DNA from: Candidatus Binatia bacterium
GTDB lineage: Bacteria; Desulfobacterota; Binatia; Bin18
DNA length: 64,000 nt
Reading direction: 5' to 3'
Assembly (NCBI GenBank): GCA_963666315.2
Contig: CAXXHG010000046.1
Span: forward strand, 96,001 to 160,000
Shown here: positions 60,640-64,000 of the stretch, piece after piece
Position numbering within the stretch: position 1 is the first letter of the stretch
Layout: every line of letters starts with the position of its first letter
Position numbers and translations under genes: made by a program
Notes under the pieces: generated by a model
The model's input: the letters and a program-made list of their open reading frames with translations, nothing else
The model's database searches: none
Told to the model about the DNA's origin: nothing

Positions 60640-60954
60640 ATGAGCACGATTACCATTGATCTGTCCCAAGAAACGTATGAACGCCTTGAGGAGCGAGCGC
60701 GCAAAACAGGGCAGACGCCCGAAGTACTCAGTCGTCATCTTCTTGAAACTTTCCTCATGCCTCAGACAGCGCCTTCACCACACACAGTCCGCAATGCCCT
60801 GTATGTCACAGGCCGCGCACGTCCGTTAAGTGAAGCCTTGCGTCGCAAGATCATCCCTGGGGTGACCCTCAACACCACGCGTAAAATTCTAGCCAACACC
60901 GCTGGGCCGTCCTTAAGCGAAATGATCGAAGAACAACGGGGCTCGCGTCTGTGA
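60640..60954 (+). CDS. Putative antitoxin (ribbon-helix-helix-like)
   Basis: MSTITIDLSQETYERLEERARKTGQTPE...LSEMIEEQRG; stop overlaps the PIN gene start (GTGA). Confidence 0.75.
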   Translation: MSTITIDLSQETYERLEERARKTGQTPEVLSRHLLETFLMPQTAPSPHTVRNALYVTGRARPLSEALRRKIIPGVTLNTTRKILANTAGPSLSEMIEEQRGSRL

Positions 60955-61453
60955 CCACGTATTACTGTGACACCAGTGCCCTGGTGAAGCGGTACACGGA
61001 AGAACCAGGAAGCGGCTGGGTCCGACACATTGTAGATTCGGCCGCGCAACATACGGTCTTGATCTCCGAGATTACTGTGGCAGAAGTTGCGGCAGTCTTG
61101 GCCGCCAAACACTGAGCGCCCAAAGGCATTACCAGCGACGAGCGAGACCAGTTGTTGAGCCGTTTTCTTGAGGATTGCACGGAGCATTTTGTTCTTCTTC
61201 AGGTTGATCGCGCTATTATTGACCGGGCAGTAGAACTGACGCAGCGACACCGCCTCCGGGGGTATGATGCTGTTCAGTTGACAACTGCGCTGGTGACGCA
61301 AGACACTTTGCTTGCTCAAAACTAGATCCGCTTACTTTTGTGGCCTCGGATGGAGACCTGCTTGCCGCAGCCTCAAATGAGGCGCCCGCTGTTGAAAACC
61401 CACTCGATCATGTCGATATGGATGCCACAGCGTCGTCCCCGTCAAACACCTAA
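60951..61453 (+). pseudogene. VapC/PIN toxin; TGA at 61113-61115 and frameshift near 61320
   Basis: YYCDTSALVKRY.EE.GS, ITVAEV, LRGYDAVQL, TFVASD.DL. Confidence 0.85.
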
Positions 61454-61505
61454 TCCTTCCTCCCGATCGCGTGGTTAAGCAAGTTTCTCCCTCCAAGGAG
61501 GGGAC

Positions 61506-61650
61506 AGTTTCGTAAGGGGGGTGGGTGGAAGCGGAGTCTCAACCACCGAACAGCTGGTGGGTCTGGGAGGATCCACCCCACCACCGTTGTCCAATGCGAA
61601 GAGAGCTCCTGAACGCCACCCCCGCCGGGCGCTCAAGCACCAAGCTCAAC
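61506..61650 (+). repeat. ~140-bp direct repeat, copy 2
   Basis: Aligns with 60436-60572. Confidence 0.9.
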
Positions 61651-61793
61651 GTACAAAGGGAACTTTGCCCCCTCAAAGGCAGGGCGGGGAGTCTGGTTTG
61701 CCGGGCTTGGTAGGGTGAGCCTGAGGCTTGAGCCTTGGGTGGACGTGGGCTAAAGACGTTTTACCACAGGCACATCGCCTCTCCCAAAATCTC

Positions 61794-63362
61794 TTAGGAG
61801 TCCGCTTCTCTCTCAGAGATATGGAAGAAAACGAGTAGCGCAGCACTCAGCCCGTACATCAGCGCAAAGTCTGGAGCAGCAGCAAAACCAAAGGAATTTT
61901 GCACTCCTGCTGGTGTCAGTTCATACGCGTGAATGACACCGAAAAACGAGAGGACCGCCGCCACCATAGTCCACGTAGCGGCTCTGAGGAATTGGCGCTC
62001 AATTATAAAAACGACCATTGCGGCCAAGACCATAGCGCTCAGAAGAAAGCCCTGACTCAGCGCAATCACCCCGTGAATATACAGATCAGTGCCGAACTTG
62101 GGAGCTATTTCAAATAAGGAAGTCCCGGCTTTGCGCAGACTGGTGTCAATCAACTGCAGAGCCCAGGCCGCGAGTGCGGGAATGAGTCCAAAGGCAACCG
62201 CCAGCGCATGTGGCTTGGGCACCTCTTGAAACGCCTGAGCGGTCATGATGATGCCGATCCACAGCAGTATGCCCAGCGTGGCCTCCAATGGGAGCACCTG
62301 GAGTATCAGCGTCATGCCACCCACAAGACACAACAAAGCAACGACCAGCCCGTTCACGACCGAATAGCCCACGCGCGCACCCATGGCCTTCCAGGCCGGG
62401 TGGCCAATATAGATGGTGGTGGGAAATACACTCCCAAAAAGGGCCGCCACCAGCGTGCCGACGCCGTTTGCCAACAACGAGGGCTTGGTTTCGTACCGAT
62501 CCCCCGCCGCTTCGGCGCTCTCTAAATTTTGCAGCGAGCCAATGATATTAAACAGGCCCATAGGAAAAATGACGGCCAGATACTGCCAGCCACGTCCGCT
62601 GGTCAGCAAGGCAAAGAGGTCCTGGGGGACCGGCACGGGCAGATGCAATCCCCATCGGTACTGCTCCGCCACCGGCTCAAACACCGGCATGCCTAAAGCA
62701 CGCAGGCCCCAGGCCAGAGCGACACCAGTCAGGACTGCGACTAATCCACCCGGCAGACCGCCCGGAAAAGTCTGCCGGGACGCATAGGTTATAAGGATCA
62801 TCATCATCGGCAAGAGAGCAATCATCGGACTGGCGAAAATCTGAAAGATAAATCCCATGGCAATAAATGTAATCGCCACGCCCGCCAGAGCAGTCAGCAG
62901 AGCCGCCCGCGGGGTATGCCGACGCAGCCAGTCGCCCACAAACGCCCCGCCCGTTTCCATGATCCCACTCAGCAAACAGGCAAACAGTCCAACTTGCCAG
63001 GCTAAGGTTGGATCGTGTGTCTCCCGATAAATGGGCCCCATAATGAGAAAAATATAGGCAAACAGGCTGGGCGTATTGATGCCGTACGGCAGCGCGGTGA
63101 TGTCGCTGCGTCCCGTCTGTTGCATCAAACGCCACGCCTGCCAAGCGTAAAAGGCATTGCCGAGCAGTATGGAAATCGCAGCACCCGGCAGGATACGACC
63201 GATCACCAACTCTTGCGGAAACCCACACACCAACGGACACAGGACGGCGATCAGCATGAGTTGCAGCAAATTATCGATAAACAGGCCGAAAAACCCATCA
63301 ACATCTCCCCTCACAAACCAGCCAAACCAGGGACGAGGATCGTTCGCTCCGTCTGATTGCAT
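61794..63362 (-). CDS. NCS2/xanthine-uracil-like permease
   Basis: GDVDGFFGLFIDNL, TALPYGINTPS, QNLESAEAAGD, PTTIYIGHP. Confidence 0.88.
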   Translation of the reverse strand: MQSDGANDPRPWFGWFVRGDVDGFFGLFIDNLLQLMLIAVLCPLVCGFPQELVIGRILPGAAISILLGNAFYAWQAWRLMQQTGRSDITALPYGINTPSLFAYIFLIMGPIYRETHDPTLAWQVGLFACLLSGIMETGGAFVGDWLRRHTPRAALLTALAGVAITFIAMGFIFQIFASPMIALLPMMMILITYASRQTFPGGLPGGLVAVLTGVALAWGLRALGMPVFEPVAEQYRWGLHLPVPVPQDLFALLTSGRGWQYLAVIFPMGLFNIIGSLQNLESAEAAGDRYETKPSLLANGVGTLVAALFGSVFPTTIYIGHPAWKAMGARVGYSVVNGLVVALLCLVGGMTLILQVLPLEATLGILLWIGIIMTAQAFQEVPKPHALAVAFGLIPALAAWALQLIDTSLRKAGTSLFEIAPKFGTDLYIHGVIALSQGFLLSAMVLAAMVVFIIERQFLRAATWTMVAAVLSFFGVIHAYELTPAGVQNSFGFAAAPDFALMYGLSAALLVFFHISEREADS

Positions 63363-63492
63363 AGGGCGGCATCCTAACGTTCGCACCGACAGACGTCGAG
63401 CAGAGTCGGTATGGAGTTGAGTCGCCCTTCAATTTTGATTATCTCTAGTCTTGCGCAGATATTAAGCAGACGGGGCCACACAAGGAGACGGT

Positions 63493-64000
63493 ATGAAAAC
63501 AATACTACGGTGCACGGGACTGACCGTGCTGATCGGCAGCCTCATTTTCTTCTTCCAGCCGTTGGTGCAGGCACAAGAAGAGGCCGATACCATTCAGGCA
63601 GAGGCTGAGAACGGCGATCCCAAGGCGCAGAACAATCTTGGCGTCCTATACGTCAAGGGCGAAGGCGTTAAACGCAGTGCCAAGAAGGCGGTCGGATGGT
63701 TCCGCAGAGCGGCCAAGCAAGGCCATATCGGAGCGCAATTCAACCTGGGCATGCTGTATTTCGCGGGTAAAAAAGACGACACCGGGAGGAAAGAAGCCGC
63801 CAAGTGGTTTCAGAAAGCTGCAGAGAGCGGCCACACCAAAGCCCAGTACCGTTTGGGCATGATGTACGTCAAAGGCCAAGGCGTGGAGAAGGATTACGCC
63901 ATGGCGGCCATTTGGTTTCGGAACGCAGCCGATCAAGCCTCCGCTAATGCGCAATACAATCTCGGCGTGCTGTACGATAACGGCTATGGCATTGAGCAGG
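63493..64000 (+). CDS. Secreted Sel1-repeat protein (runs off the window)
   Basis: RBS AGGAG + ATG 63493; signal peptide; AQNNLGVLY..G.GV, AQFNLGMLY, AQYRLGMMY, AQYNLGVLY. Confidence 0.9.
   Translation, partial: MKTILRCTGLTVLIGSLIFFFQPLVQAQEEADTIQAEAENGDPKAQNNLGVLYVKGEGVKRSAKKAVGWFRRAAKQGHIGAQFNLGMLYFAGKKDDTGRKEAAKWFQKAAESGHTKAQYRLGMMYVKGQGVEKDYAMAAIWFRNAADQASANAQYNLGVLYDNGYGIEQ

Noticed and set aside
55318-61115. Selenocysteine at the TGAs in the GNAT and PIN genes
   Set aside because: The positions correspond to probable Trp and Arg, no SECIS-like hairpin was noticed, and both genes carry other lesions.
1-64000. Diversity-generating retroelement or retron
   Set aside because: No reverse transcriptase motifs seen, and the repeat pairs do not show adenine-specific mismatches.

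Overview
Bacterial chromosomal window. Gene content (multiple LLM-class flavin monooxygenases, acyl-CoA dehydrogenases, CocE/NonD hydrolases, PhyH dioxygenases, DUF1329, class III cyclase-AAA-TPR proteins, Sel1 proteins) is typical of Binatia/Entotheonella-like organisms; this assignment is inference only. Main points: (1) an ~8 kb decayed tyrosine-integrase element (9445-17488) bounded by a 24-bp direct repeat that is the yefM/yoeB overlap, so the insertion separates the YoeB toxin from its start codon; (2) a DsbA-like gene whose CxxC is TGA-P-Y-C followed by an fdhF-type SECIS hairpin (probable selenoprotein), close to a VKOR-DsbA fusion; (3) a RAYT transposase gene with several GTAG-headed REP families across the window, some translated in frame inside genes and one pair bracketing the cyclase tandem; (4) a trpL attenuator before a trpE(G) fusion; (5) a solitary attC-like site, an IS30 remnant and a repeat-flanked PIN TA cassette; (6) many pseudogenes, several with deletions at short direct repeats. 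No rRNA, tRNA or CRISPR array was recognised. Product calls rest on motif recognition by eye, not database searches.
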